This document shows positions 39,342 through 51,270 of a stretch of 64,000 nt of DNA, in pieces. How positions within the stretch are numbered: position 1 is the first letter of the stretch; every line of letters starts with the position of its first letter. The stretch comes from Zancudomyces culisetae HAW-14-8. Lineage: Eukaryota; Fungi; Kickxellomycota. The stretch covers positions 558,001 through 622,000 of the forward strand of contig JBNJNM010000007.1 in the NCBI GenBank assembly GCA_052426225.1. Direction: 5' to 3'. The translations under genes were made by a program, and so were the position numbers. The notes under the pieces are model-generated. The model did no database searches and had not been told where the DNA came from. It saw nothing but the letters and a program-made list of their open reading frames with translations.

Positions 39342-40048
39342 GTTGATAAGCCGAAATATGTTTTCGGGTATTTTGTCGTTTCTTTTTTTCTTTTTAAATG
39401 GTCAGGAATGTGAGCAGGGTTTTCCATGGGTGTAATGGTGATTATTTCGAGTTTTATCATGTATTTATGAAATAAAAACTTGTATATTCTATTGTTTTCT
39501 TTTTTTTTTTACACGGTTAACTAAAAAGGGGTTTGTGGATAAACAGAATCATGTCAAAATCCTATTTATCTTGTCTACTGAGTATCGTAAGCTAGGATGC
39601 GCATTAATACAACTTTAAAGATGTGCTGTAGATAGTAGAAGAAAATCATACTAAAGTTTATGATGTGAGCATAGCTATCAAATAATATGTGGGTTTTATT
39701 CCTATTTCTTTTGAGCTGTGTGTATTGGGATTAATGAGTGGAAATCAAAATTAACGTAAAAGGTAAATCCACATGATTACTTTTTTGTTGTTTTTTTATT
39801 TGGTAGGTTTACGATTTTGTTTAGAAGAGTTGGGAAGGAAAATTTGACAGAAAAATAAATAAATACAGCAAAAGCAAATGGATTCTAAGGCGAGTTTCTG
39901 AAGAACAACAAATAAAAGACAGAGAGAGGAAAAAAAAAATTACGGATTAGCATTAATCCAAGATTTAATCCAAAGGAACCCGCACCGCATTCATGGCATA
40001 GCAACACACGATTGTATAGATAAAACAGAGATAATAAACGACGGAGAA

Positions 40049-41596
40049 ATGAAACGAAGAAATTATGGATATTATGGTGTGCAGGATACAACGGCAACAA
40101 AGTTTTACGAATCGATCTTGAGGAGCGAAAATTTATACCCAGAAAACATAGGTAGAGGTGGAAATAGCAATATAGGTATGGGTATGGGGGTGAGGGTGAA
40201 TATACGTGGAGGGGAGCGCGTGTGGTATGATGAAGGGTCAGCTGAACAAGAGAGCGACCAAAGCATGGAGGAGAGTCATGAAGAATACGTTTCTAGCGAT
40301 GGATCGCTAATCAAAAGCTATTATAAGACAAAGGTAAGTATTTTTACCGAGAAACTATGAATAGTACTAAATATCCGAAAATATAATATAGCAACGAGAA
40401 CAGGAAAAAATGCAGGAATATTTACGAACCAAAAGAAAATATACAGGGTACGAAGGATCTGAAAAGGAGCGAGATAACATAAAGAGGGGCGGATCAAGTA
40501 GTGGGGGTACGGATAGTAGTGGAAAAGCTGTTTATAGTGGTAAAGAGAGGAAGGGAGGTAGCAATGGGAGCCAGAGCGATCAAGAGAGGACACCTACAAA
40601 GAATCCAAAAAACACCATAATCAACAGTAATGGGCTCATGGATCGATTGTTAAAAGAGAAAGAAGCAACAGTAGAACCGGAGGATGCGATAAAAAGAGTC
40701 AAAAAGTGGTATCTGCAGCCAAGAGGGAATCCCAAAACCGTAAGGCATTTTTTATTATTGATAATGTGAAAGATGTACTTAACAGTATATTTAACAAATA
40801 GAAGGAGATTGGACTGCCTAGAATATGGATTATAGTACTTGGAACTGTTGAGAATAAAAAGGGAAAGCAGTACAGTTGGCATTCATCATATATAAAGGAT
40901 CGGAAAAGCCCAACCGAAATATTTAGTCATTCAGGAAGTGGGTATGTACTGGAAGGAGAAATGGATGTGATAGCAAATCTTAAGCAGGGGTTTAGTCTGC
41001 AATTCTGCGAGCATTTCAGAAATGGGTTTCCTGAAAATTGGAACACACTAATTCAAGCCGAAATTGACAGGATTTTTGAACATTTACAATCTATAAAAGC
41101 GAGTAGAGCACAAAATATACTTGGTAAAAAAGCAGAAACTGAATTAAACCCAATGGAAAACGAATCTCCACAAAATATTGTTCCTCACACTGTAAAAAAA
41201 CAAAAGCAACAACAGCAACAGCATCAATACCAACAGCACCAACAGCACCAACAGCACCAACAGCACCAACAGCACCAACAGCACCAACAGCAACAGCATA
41301 CTCCAAACTTGCGTACAAAGCGAAAAGCCAGAAAGAAAATAACCTATCCGCGAAAATACACCTCTTCGTCAAAGACCCCAATGTCTGTCAAATCTGTCAG
41401 AGCTCTAGAAAGTGTGACCAAACGACTGGGCAAATCTACTCTCGCCTCTTCCTCATCTCCTTCTCCCTCTATTCAAACTGTTACCCGCTACGGCCGCACT
41501 GTAAAATCACCTGGCGATTGGTGGAAATCCGCCTCAACCACCACATCATCACCCAGCCCTGCCAGAATTCTCCCTCGAGGGACGTCTCTTCCATAA
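40049..41596 (+). CDS. KNL2: KNL2/M18BP1-like protein (SANTA domain + CENPC-k motif; at least 3 exons)
   Basis: Spliced: KKWYL...IWIIVLG...WHSSYIKDR...SGSGYVLEGEMD...GFS...FRNGFPENW (SANTA), plus C-terminal TRYGRTVKSPGDWW. The true start may be upstream (ATG at 39878). Confidence 0.8.
41231..41284 (+). repeat. (CAACAGCAC)x6 encoding (QQH)n
   Basis: Exact 9-mer tandem repeat inside KNL2. Confidence 0.9.
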
Positions 41597-42195
41597 CTTT
41601 TCTCCTTTTTTCGACATTATTAACTGTCTTGTATTATATCATTGTTGATACTGTGTTTTTCTTTAAATGTATAATAACTCAATTTCTTTGTCTATTTTTT
41701 TCGAGACAAAATAGACATGTTTGAGTGTTTAACTTATCCCCAGTCCACTGCATTGGGTTTGCCATCAATGTGGTTTTTTTTCATACAAGTCAATCAAGGT
41801 TTGGAGGTAGGGGGAGAAAGAGTTTTTTTTTCTCCTCTGATTATGCTGTTATTTCATTTGATGATTGTAAATCGCCTCTTACAATTTTCTTTTTTTCGAC
41901 AGCTGATTAAATAAGCCCTAAACAAAAAAATAAATCGTGACATGGGTTATAGTAGAGAAAAACAATAATAAAACGAAAAGCGCGGTTAGTAAATTAGATT
42001 CACTTTTAATTGTCCCCACTTTCGGTTGTTATTTCGTATCTTTTTGACTTTACGGTTAGCAGAGCTACAAAAGCAACGTTAGTTTCCATTTGCATCGTGA
42101 GATGGTTAATGGTGTTTCGTTTATTTACGCGTCACACATACACACACGTTTATATATATATTTTTTTTTTTGGACTAAAAGAAATATAATCTATA

Positions 42196-43504
42196 ATGAA
42201 TGAACGGAAAAAAAGTAAACCCGAATTTAATGTACAGCGCATATATTTGGGCAAGTATTGGGTTTCGGTGTGGTACGAATCGGCATATCCGGATGAATAC
42301 AGGTCAGCAAAGCAATTGTATATTTGTGAAAAGTGCTTAGTATACATGAAAAGCAAATCCCTATTTTTACAGCACATTGTAAGTCCCTCGCTATCTCTCT
42401 CTTTCTTTTGGTTTTTGTTGTTTTGTTTTTTGTAGGTGGATTATACTAAAATTGAAACTGAAGCTGAAACTCATATCGAAAATAGAGACAATGTGACTGC
42501 AATTATCCAAGAGGAGAATTGGTATACCAAGATTCAACTTGTCAGGTTTACCAAGTCGACGGAAAAACAGAAAAGGTAACTTCATACTCAACATTTTTTT
42601 TTACTTCATTTCTTTTTTTTAAAAAAAAAAAAGTAAATAAGGATACACATATGTATAAGCTCTACTTTTTATATTTCAAGTGATGGTATCATGTTTAATT
42701 AAATGTGAACAAATAGCTGTACTGTCAAAACCTATGTCTGCTCTCTAAACTGTTTTTGAATCAAAAGACGCTGTTTTATGATATTTCCAACTTTTTGTTT
42801 TATACTCTGTTTCAGAAAACAGACAAGAACCAACACAGTCATAGTCACCACCAAACAAATAACACATTTGGCGTTTCAGACACCTCCCATAGTGGATATG
42901 CTCACCACCAGTATGGTAAAATGACCGAAGAATGCTTTGAATATACGTTTTTAGGATATTTTTCAAAGGTAAGCATTTTATTCCAACGCCATATTTAAAA
43001 GAATAATAGCAATCTTTATTGAATTCGATTATTGTTGAATAGGAAAAAGTTTCAATAGACGGAAACAATTTAGCATGTGTACTGGTATTCCCACAATTTC
43101 GTGGGCAACATTATGGAACACTGTTGATAGAATTGAGTTATGAAATCAGTAAAATAGAAGGGAAAGTAGGAGGACCTGAAAAACCTTTGTCAGTGCAAGG
43201 ATTTTATGCATACAAAATGTACTGGCGATCAGCTATTTTGTCTTATTTGCTAGAAAAACTAGACAGCGGGACAACCAGTGTTTTTGGAATTCAGGAAATG
43301 TCTGTAGATCTGGGAATTTCGATCCAAGATATATTATTTACATTGCAGGATATTGGATTGGTAAAGTATTGGTACCTGGGCAAGAACGTCATGTGCGTGA
43401 CAAGACAGGAAATAGTGGACATAATTCAAAAGCTGAAGTTCAAGTTTAAAAAAAGATTGGAGAATAGTGGAGTGGTTTATTGTAACATTAATAAAGTTAA
43501 CTGA
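42196..43504 (+). CDS. MYST-family histone acetyltransferase, Sas2-like (4 exons)
   Basis: WYESAYP...[10 protein letters not shown] (zinc finger), [42 protein letters not shown]...GTLLIELSY and GGPEKPLS. No chromodomain. Confidence 0.88.
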
Positions 43505-43932
43505 TTTAATTACATTTAAATGTACACAAATGTTGATACAAGCTGAAATAGTTCTGGAGGAGGGAGGTAGGTCAGTAAATATTGGGAATTACGTGGTGTT
43601 TTGACCCGTTGTATGCTCATTTTACTCTGGAAGGATACTCTCAAAAGTCTAGCAAAACCTGGACTGGATAGTAATACATTAAATGGTCTACAAAAACTAT
43701 AAGGTGTGTTCTATCTTTAATATATTGTTGCTCCTTAAAAATAATAGTAATAATAACAATAATAAAATATTATACAGTAAAAATGCGAATGCGCAAAAAC
43801 GAGAATATCATCTATCATCTATCGTCCAAAACAAACTCCAAATAATTTCTCTTCCTTCCCTCCACCTGCCCCTCACCACAATAAAGTCCAGTATATAAAA
43901 ACACAAAAACGTAAAAACATAAAAAACAACAT

Positions 43933-45239
43933 TTAGAGGCTCGGGAATCGCGAACGATACTTCATATACGCATCCCTCAAATGCTCAGGCCGAATAGGCC
44001 CCTCCTCTCCACGCTCCTTCTGGATGGATAATGCTATAATAAATTTGCACAATTTTTTTTTCTTAGTACCAAATACTTCATAACCTTAAAATATATAAAA
44101 TATTCTTATTACCCAACTCGATTATCTCTCCAGCAAACACCTTGCCAAGACCAGCAATTACAAATACAAGGGTCGAAGAAGCCTGTTGATTCAGTATCGT
44201 TGAGACAAGCCTTTTTATCGCCCCTTTGTTCAGCCCTGATCTTCTATATGCCTCGTAGCGCTGCTTCTGCTCTTCAGAAAACCCGTCAATTATTTGTCTA
44301 TTCAATGTGTTTAAAAAATTACTCACTGTACCTCTAGATACTATTTGAATACCCATAAAAATAAACGAAAATCATAACTCAATATTACCTGACTTCGTCT
44401 TTACTTTGTTTGTTGATGTTATATAAATCTTCAACTGGGAACAGCGACTTTGATTCGAACCCATCATTGTCAAAATCGCCCATCCCTTCATCGTCCATAG
44501 ATTCTTGATCTTCAGCCTGTTGATCCTCCTTTATATTTTCCTGTCCCCTTTCCCCATCAACCCTAGCCAGTTCTGCAATGTTTAAATCTGCTATCCCAAA
44601 TTGCCCTAATCCCTCTTCAGTTTGTTCTCTGTCAAAGTTAACCCTTTTTCTCCCCCTCTTTTTACCCGGCTTTCTTGAGATCGCAGCTGATTCCAAATTT
44701 CCATGCTTTGGCTTCCTTCCTCGCTTCCCAGTTCCGGGTTTTTTGACTATACTGGTTGAGATTTCGGGCACAGCGTTGTCGGTATATTTAATCCGTTTGT
44801 GTACAATATTCGAAGGTGTTATTCCTGTCAAAGTGATGGTCTTTGTGTTTTTAATGAATATCGATTTTGCTCCCCTCCCCCTCCCCCTTCCTCGTCCCCT
44901 GCCTCTACCCCTGCCTCCTCCTCTACTAATTCCTGCACCTCCGCTCATATCCCCCTCCCCACTTCCACCTATACCCCCGCTTCCAATCATTACACCGCCC
45001 CTTCCTCTCCCTCTCCCTCTTCCCCGCCCTCTACCCCTACCTCTACCCCGTCCCCTCCCTGATTGTTCCCCCATCGTTTCTACCCTTACAGCATTCGTAG
45101 TACTCGTAAAACCCTCCACACCAGGATGGCCCTGGACAGAGAATTGCGTCTTTCCGCTATTTTCTGCCCAAGACGCAGTCGATACCGGATTCCGTGCGCC
45201 CGTCGGGTTCATCTCTCCTGCTCCAGGATTGTTTGACAT
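43933..45239 (-). CDS. TAF11: TFIID subunit TAF11 with an RG-rich and AT-hook-like N-terminus (3 exons)
   Basis: FSEEQKQRYEAYRRSGLNKGAIKRLV...IAGLGKVFAGEIIELA...GPIRPEHLRDAY is the TAF11 histone fold. Confidence 0.9.
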
Positions 45240-45664
45240 TTGAAATCCCACTATTTGCACTTATATTTATATATTTGCTTTTCTAAATTGCGTTTATTAT
45301 TTTATTCTTTACCAAACCCTTTTTCAAAAAAAAATTATATTTCTATTTCGTGAAGCGAGATTTGGGCAAGTCAAAATAAAAGACAGGTTTCCAGGAATCC
45401 CCAAGCCTAAGATTGCTACTTTGAGAATTTTACCAGATCATTCTCTCTCCTATCACAAAAACAAAAAATTAAAATTGAAAATAGAAAAACAATACAAAGC
45501 TGAATCGATGGTCAAGGGGTAAAGGTTGGGATATTTTCAATTATTTATAAAGAACAAGCTAAAAGAATTCTAAACATAATGGTAGGGGGGGTGAGAAAAA
45601 AAAACGTTAAAGAAACACGTACAAACAGGTCCATAAACCTCTAACAGGGTCAATAATCACGCTC

Positions 45665-46145
45665 TTATTGAGGTTTGGCGTGATGTAGAAAATCTCGAAG
45701 GTTGTCCTGGGCATCCTTTAGTGTCTTTTCCAGATACTTTTTCTTCTTTTGTAGTGCCTCCAACATATCTTTGGAACTTTTAGAATCCGCTTCGAAATCG
45801 GAAATTATTTTTGATTTTGGTTCCTTATAAAACATTTTACCCAGAGAAACAAATGTATTTACATTTTCGGGCAGACTCTGTAGTTCAATCTTGGTTATTT
45901 CATCTTTTCTAGCACCGATTGCTAGCGATGTGATCTGAGAATTTATAAATGAAAGCTGTTGTTGGGTTTTTACTATTCGTTCTTGGATTTGTTCGTAAAC
46001 CTAAATGAACACAGCTCAAGTTGAAATTACTGCCAGCTTCAGTATAAACGGTACATTGCAAGTGCTAAAGAAAAAGATGCCGCAAAATTAGTGCAGAATA
46101 TGTATAAAAGGTCGTACTTACATGCTGTATATCAGTGGAGCTCAT
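45665..46145 (-). CDS. PFD1: Prefoldin subunit 1 (2 exons; not in the ORF track)
   Basis: MSSTDIQH|VYEQIQER...ELQSLPENVNTFVSLGKMF...LEALQKKKKYLEKTLKDAQDNLRDFL; intron 46001-46121. Confidence 0.85.
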
Positions 46146-46428
46146 TGTAATTTTCTGTTCTTTTGTAGATCTTCAAAGATTGTATTTTTTTTTCAACAAG
46201 AATAGCTTGGTTAGTTACAATTTTATTTATTGATATTTTCATTTTGTTATTCGTTTGTTTGGCTTTTAAAACTCCAAGAATTAAGCAAATATAAAAATTA
46301 CTGAAAAAAAAACCTAATAATGGCTAACCTGCCTCCTAAATATATATATTCTTTTTATTCAAACCAAATGCTATATAGAAATGGTGACAATAGAATCCAC
46401 TCTCTAGGTTTTGGCGTGATATTATCCT

Positions 46429-47028
46429 TTATTCAACATAAAGATCAAAGCAAGTAGAATACTCCTCGCCAACTGGATTTGAATCAAACCTCCACAACCA
46501 AACAAAGGAATATACTCTTTTTCGCTTGAAGTGTGCAGGAACAGTCCAATTTCCATAACAAACCGAGTTTGGATTTTTGGGATCAAAACAGTTTGAGTCT
46601 GTTGCAAACACCATTTCGCCTGCAATTCTTGCCTGTGCAACTTGGTTATAATTCGTTAACCCCCTGGATTCCTGATCAGAATACAGGATACGGATTGTAG
46701 TGGGATGTGTATTGTTGAGGTGTCCGTTTTGCTCCCATGTTTGATATATTGTTTCCCCTGGCTTAACACATCCCATTGGATATGTTGTAGAATACTGTAA
46801 CGGATTGGTTCCCTGGCGATTTTTTTCGCATATTGGGTATGAACTTGGTCGAGCCTGTATAAGATGTGTGTAGACTGTGTTAATGTCCCTATTCTCTCTA
46901 CCTGGATAGCCTCTTGAATATCCATCACACGTTTTTAAATCCATATTGAACTTTGCACAATCAATCCAGCTATGAGAGGCGACAAGTAGAGTGTTTAGTA
47001 ATATCGTTACCAAGCTAGCGAAAATCAT
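46429..47028 (-). CDS. Secreted His1 protein with LPMO-like motifs
   Basis: An 18-aa signal peptide ending VAS is followed by HSWIDC. Second His in WEQNGH; YSFVWLW and EEYSTCFD near the C-terminus. Confidence 0.7.
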   Translation of the reverse strand: MIFASLVTILLNTLLVASHSWIDCAKFNMDLKTCDGYSRGYPGRENRDINTVYTHLIQARPSSYPICEKNRQGTNPLQYSTTYPMGCVKPGETIYQTWEQNGHLNNTHPTTIRILYSDQESRGLTNYNQVAQARIAGEMVFATDSNCFDPKNPNSVCYGNWTVPAHFKRKRVYSFVWLWRFDSNPVGEEYSTCFDLYVE

Positions 47029-48605
47029 GTTTTTGCGTGATTGAGCAGGTGTATGAATTGATAGGAGTTGATATAACCTCAATATGACCGAATATCGCAG
47101 CTAATAGAGAATTTTTATCTTATTCTTTGTATTACTTTCAGCTATATGTTTGAATTCTTGGAAGTTTAAAGCTGTATTCTACTGTGAAGTCTCGAAAGAA
47201 CCTAGCTCTTGTTGGAATACTGCGTTCTTTATATTTCTTTTTGGAAAATGCAAACATCTCGTTTAAAATATCATTTTAGAGTAGAGCAATTACCTTTGAA
47301 AAGTGGTAAATCCAGTCAGTGTGTTTTTTTTCATCAGGTTTATCTGTGGTTCTATAAATAATGGACAATGAGAAATAGGACCTTTTCATGTAAATAAGCT
47401 CGCTGGTAAGATAGATTATTTAGAGCAGTTACAACCTCTGTGTAGTTTTGTAAATAAATATGAAAAATCATCTCGTCATCATTATTTTATCCTCTCACCC
47501 CCAGATCTCAAAAGTACACAAAGGTAGAAATTGAATTAAAAAATATTCATGATGAGCTGTATGGCAATGCAACAGGACTTTTTTTTTGTAGTTTTTGTTG
47601 ATTCTGAATATTGGTCATAAGAGTAATACCCATACCCCACTTTTCTAATAACAGAAAATAAGATAGACTACTACAATAACCATTTTTAGAAAAAATACAT
47701 TCGTAATTTAAGCACTATGCCGTGTAAAAAAAAAGACCCTTCTACACCCTTGATGCTAAGTAGATCAATGCATCTTTGATGTGGTACTACTCTCTATCTC
47801 TTTTTTAATGGTAAAAATCTCAAAATTTTTGAAAAGACAAGTTAAAAGAGCTTTTTCTTCCACCACTCAAAGGATGTAATATTTGATATTAGCGCTGAAT
47901 CAAAAGGTATGGCTGTGAGTGGAAGTATCAAACCTGGTTTTCTATGCACACACCTATTACTTATAGGGTGGAAAGTTTTGTATCAAAGACTTTGTATTCA
48001 ACTAATAAAAATTAAGTGCCATATTTACTTAGCTATATCATCAACTAGTTTTTATTCATAAAAATAAGAATACTGGGTCGGCCTTAATGATAATAGAACC
48101 TATGTGTGAATGTGAAGGGGGCAGGAGGCTGTGTGGAAAGAAGTGAGAAGGTGAGAAGGTGAGAAAATGGTTATGCTAGATTGCCAAATAAAAATCAGAG
48201 TGTCTCTTGCTCGCAAGGAACAAGCGAGGCTGCTTTTACCACTATTATCGTGATTTGCAGCAACCAAGGCTGACTATATGATAGGTCCGATTCTCAACAG
48301 TTGAATTGAATTTCAGGTTAATTAGCCATGAGAGTGGAGTTGAAAGGTCATTGTCGTGAAAGGCGGTTTTATGTTTGCAGAGGATGCTGAATAGTTGGAA
48401 TGGCAGCAGTTAACAAACAGAAAGTTAACAAAGATAGTGATATACAATATAAACAAGGCCTTGAAAGTTACTAAAGGTTACAATTTCAAAAAATAAGAAA
48501 AAAGTGTAAACAACTAAGAACCCACCTGGCAAAAAACTATATAGACACCCGCGTATTTGAAAAAAGCCAAAGATGGATTTTGTGAGTTGGCCCGGGAGCA
48601 CAAAA

Positions 48606-50763
48606 CTAACAACGCTTGTAGTAGCGATCTGCATACTCCTGGTCTATAGCATTAGAATGGGCACTTGCCTTGCTGAGATTGCGCAGAAATGATGCAAAGG
48701 AGTTTTCATTCCGAGCGCCATCATCAACAGAGTCTTTTTTGAAGTATGTCCGCTGAAAGTTCCTGAACTTGTTGTATTTATCAATCAAAATTTTTTGAGA
48801 CAATTCCGTATGAGGGGTAAAGCTGGCAAGTACCATCCAACATTTGTTGGTAGATGGCTCAGATGGGTCTAGAAGAACCGCAGAATCAACAGTCTCTCCA
48901 TTCACATTATTTTCCAAGCTAATGCTATAATATTCTATTTTTGATGTCGATGGTGCCTTGAACTCCTCATCAGATGAAAGAAGTTTAAAGCCATCCACTG
49001 TTGGTTGATCATCGAAATAATTCAATACCTCAACCCACACATCCATTGAAAGACCATCTTTTCTTGTCTCAACGGATACTTTAAACGATTTTTCAGGGTA
49101 TGTATCAGTAATATAATCAAAAAGTGTCCCCAAAAGGGCTAGATTGTGCCGAAAATATGCTTCGCCTGTAATGGTATTCCCGTATAGAATCCTATCCAGC
49201 TCTTGAACAGGTATATATTGAAATCCAAACATCCGCGCGGTGTTGTGATATGCTACAAATATTCCGTCCATGTTTCCTATTCTCGTTTGAAAACTGTATT
49301 TGAGAAATCCTGATCGCACCAAATCGTAAAATTCACGTTCAAAAGAGAAGTACAGTCCTTTTTCTTGAAGGATATGGTATCCAGATGCCTCCTATTTTAG
49401 ATTAACTTAATTTGTCAATGATCCTACAATACTGCAGCTTAAGAGAGGAAAGTAATTACGGATGTATCCTACCTTATAATTATCTACATCCATTCGCACA
49501 GAAACTACTGCTCTCGTTTTCAGATCAAAAGTCATATTTGGAAGGCGAGGATCCTGACAGTCAAGCTGTGATCGTAACAGGAATTTTCCGGCCTATATTT
49601 TTAATATATTTACATTTAAACCCATATTCACGTTTATGAGCTAATAAAAACCCGGATTGCACCATCATTTTTTTTCTGGTGACCCACTTACCGAACTATA
49701 CAAATAACTCTCCAACGTGTCTGGACTTTTAGTTGTTAGGAAGCTTTTTATAAGGCTTTCATATTCATCTCCATCTAGTACAAGCTGCTTTTCCATAGAT
49801 TTCCCCTATTTTATATGCAAATTCATTATGGATATTCTACCTTGCTAGGATTTTTCTAATTTAAGATCGTTTTCATAAATATCTACTTTTATCGTACCAA
49901 TTTGGCCAGAATATTGGAGTTCTTCTCCAAAAACTTATCGCTTTCAACCACATATACACCGTCATTGTTTATCAGTTTTATTGTACATGGAACTCTCGCA
50001 CCTCGGGTATACTTTGTTGGCTAGTAATATGTCACAATGCAATAAACATCAAAATTAATAATAGTCACAAAAATTATGCCTCAGGCCACGCAACCCAGCT
50101 ATTTATATATCCAGGAAACTGGCAGAGTATACTATCGCTTACCATATTTTTAAAGGCGCTAGACAAATCTGAAATATCGGGACTTTTGAATCTTGAAAGC
50201 AAAAAATGTATGTGCGACATTATTCCAGACATGGAGCTAGTAGACGAGACGTACTTTTTTCTTAACTCAACTGCGTGCTCGTGCATGGTCTATTTTTACA
50301 TCAAAATTTTACACTGTTTAATTTCTACAATCATTATTTGAATTAAAAAAGAGAAGAAAAAAAGGTTTAAGCTATTTAATACCATAGTTACCTTATCTTG
50401 TGATGGTGGTATAAATTTCGGTATTCGGTCATATGCAAAGTCTTCGGGTTGAGTAATTTCATGCAGGAACGGTGAAAATTTGTATTCTTTCGTTACAGGG
50501 TGCTGCAAATAATGATATCCAGGATCGAATAAAACTTTCTCCAAATCGTGTCTTAGGGATGGGACTTTGTCAAAGTCAGTGTCAAATACCGGGACTAACT
50601 TGTATTTGCTCGATGGTAGGGGTATAGCTTTACCAATTTTAAAGCTTATTCGTTTAATTTCCTTAGCTTTACTTATTCCATTTCTGTTTAATATCAATAC
50701 GTTTTTGAAGCTTCGTATTCTAGCAGTGCCATCTATGGCACCAGTTACTTTGCTGACCGACAT
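48606..50763 (-). CDS. PET127: Mitochondrial RNA 5' exonuclease Pet127 (about 6 exons)
   Basis: VPSLRHDLEKVLFDPG, KYVSSTSSMSG, GKSMEK, LLRSQLDC, FDLKTRA and SFEREFYDLVRSGFLKYSFQTRIGNMDGIFVAYHN. The 5' end is uncertain. Confidence 0.9.
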
Positions 50764-51270
50764 TATGCTCAATTTCTAGGGCCTACTGTACAATTTATAT
50801 TAGCTCAGCTCTGCTAATATAGCATTACTTTTATCAAATAATTTATGCAAGATAACATTTGCTGTTAAAGCAATACATCTTGGCCATAAAAAATTTTCAG
50901 CATTCATTGGTAATAGAGCTTGAAACCCACCAATTATATGGATCAGGCAAAACTCGATTAGGTTTAGGATGGCTTTGGGTTGGTGAAATTTTGATCCAAA
51001 GAAAAGAGGGGGGATATGTGTGCTGGGTTGAGGGAGGCCGAGTTTGTGCGAAATTTGGTTGTTTTTCAATGACAAGGTATATCTCGCTTAAGAGCACTAG
51101 GAAGATCAACATCATTGAAATTATTCATTATTTTTATTCAGAATGATGATTTAGATGTAATAAATGCTTTGATGCTAAACTTATGCTAATAAATTGCTAG
51201 ATATATAAATTAATAAACAGATAAACGTGTGCTTCGCCCAATTTACATAGGTGAGTTCCTACTAACATTA

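Noticed and set aside
45760-45800. Apparent frameshift in prefoldin 1
   Set aside because: A recount of the A run shows the frame is continuous (DSKSSKDMLEAL).
48190-48420. Locally GC-richer non-coding stretch as an ncRNA
   Set aside because: No snRNA, SRP or RNase P/MRP signature was recognised, and only short stems were found.
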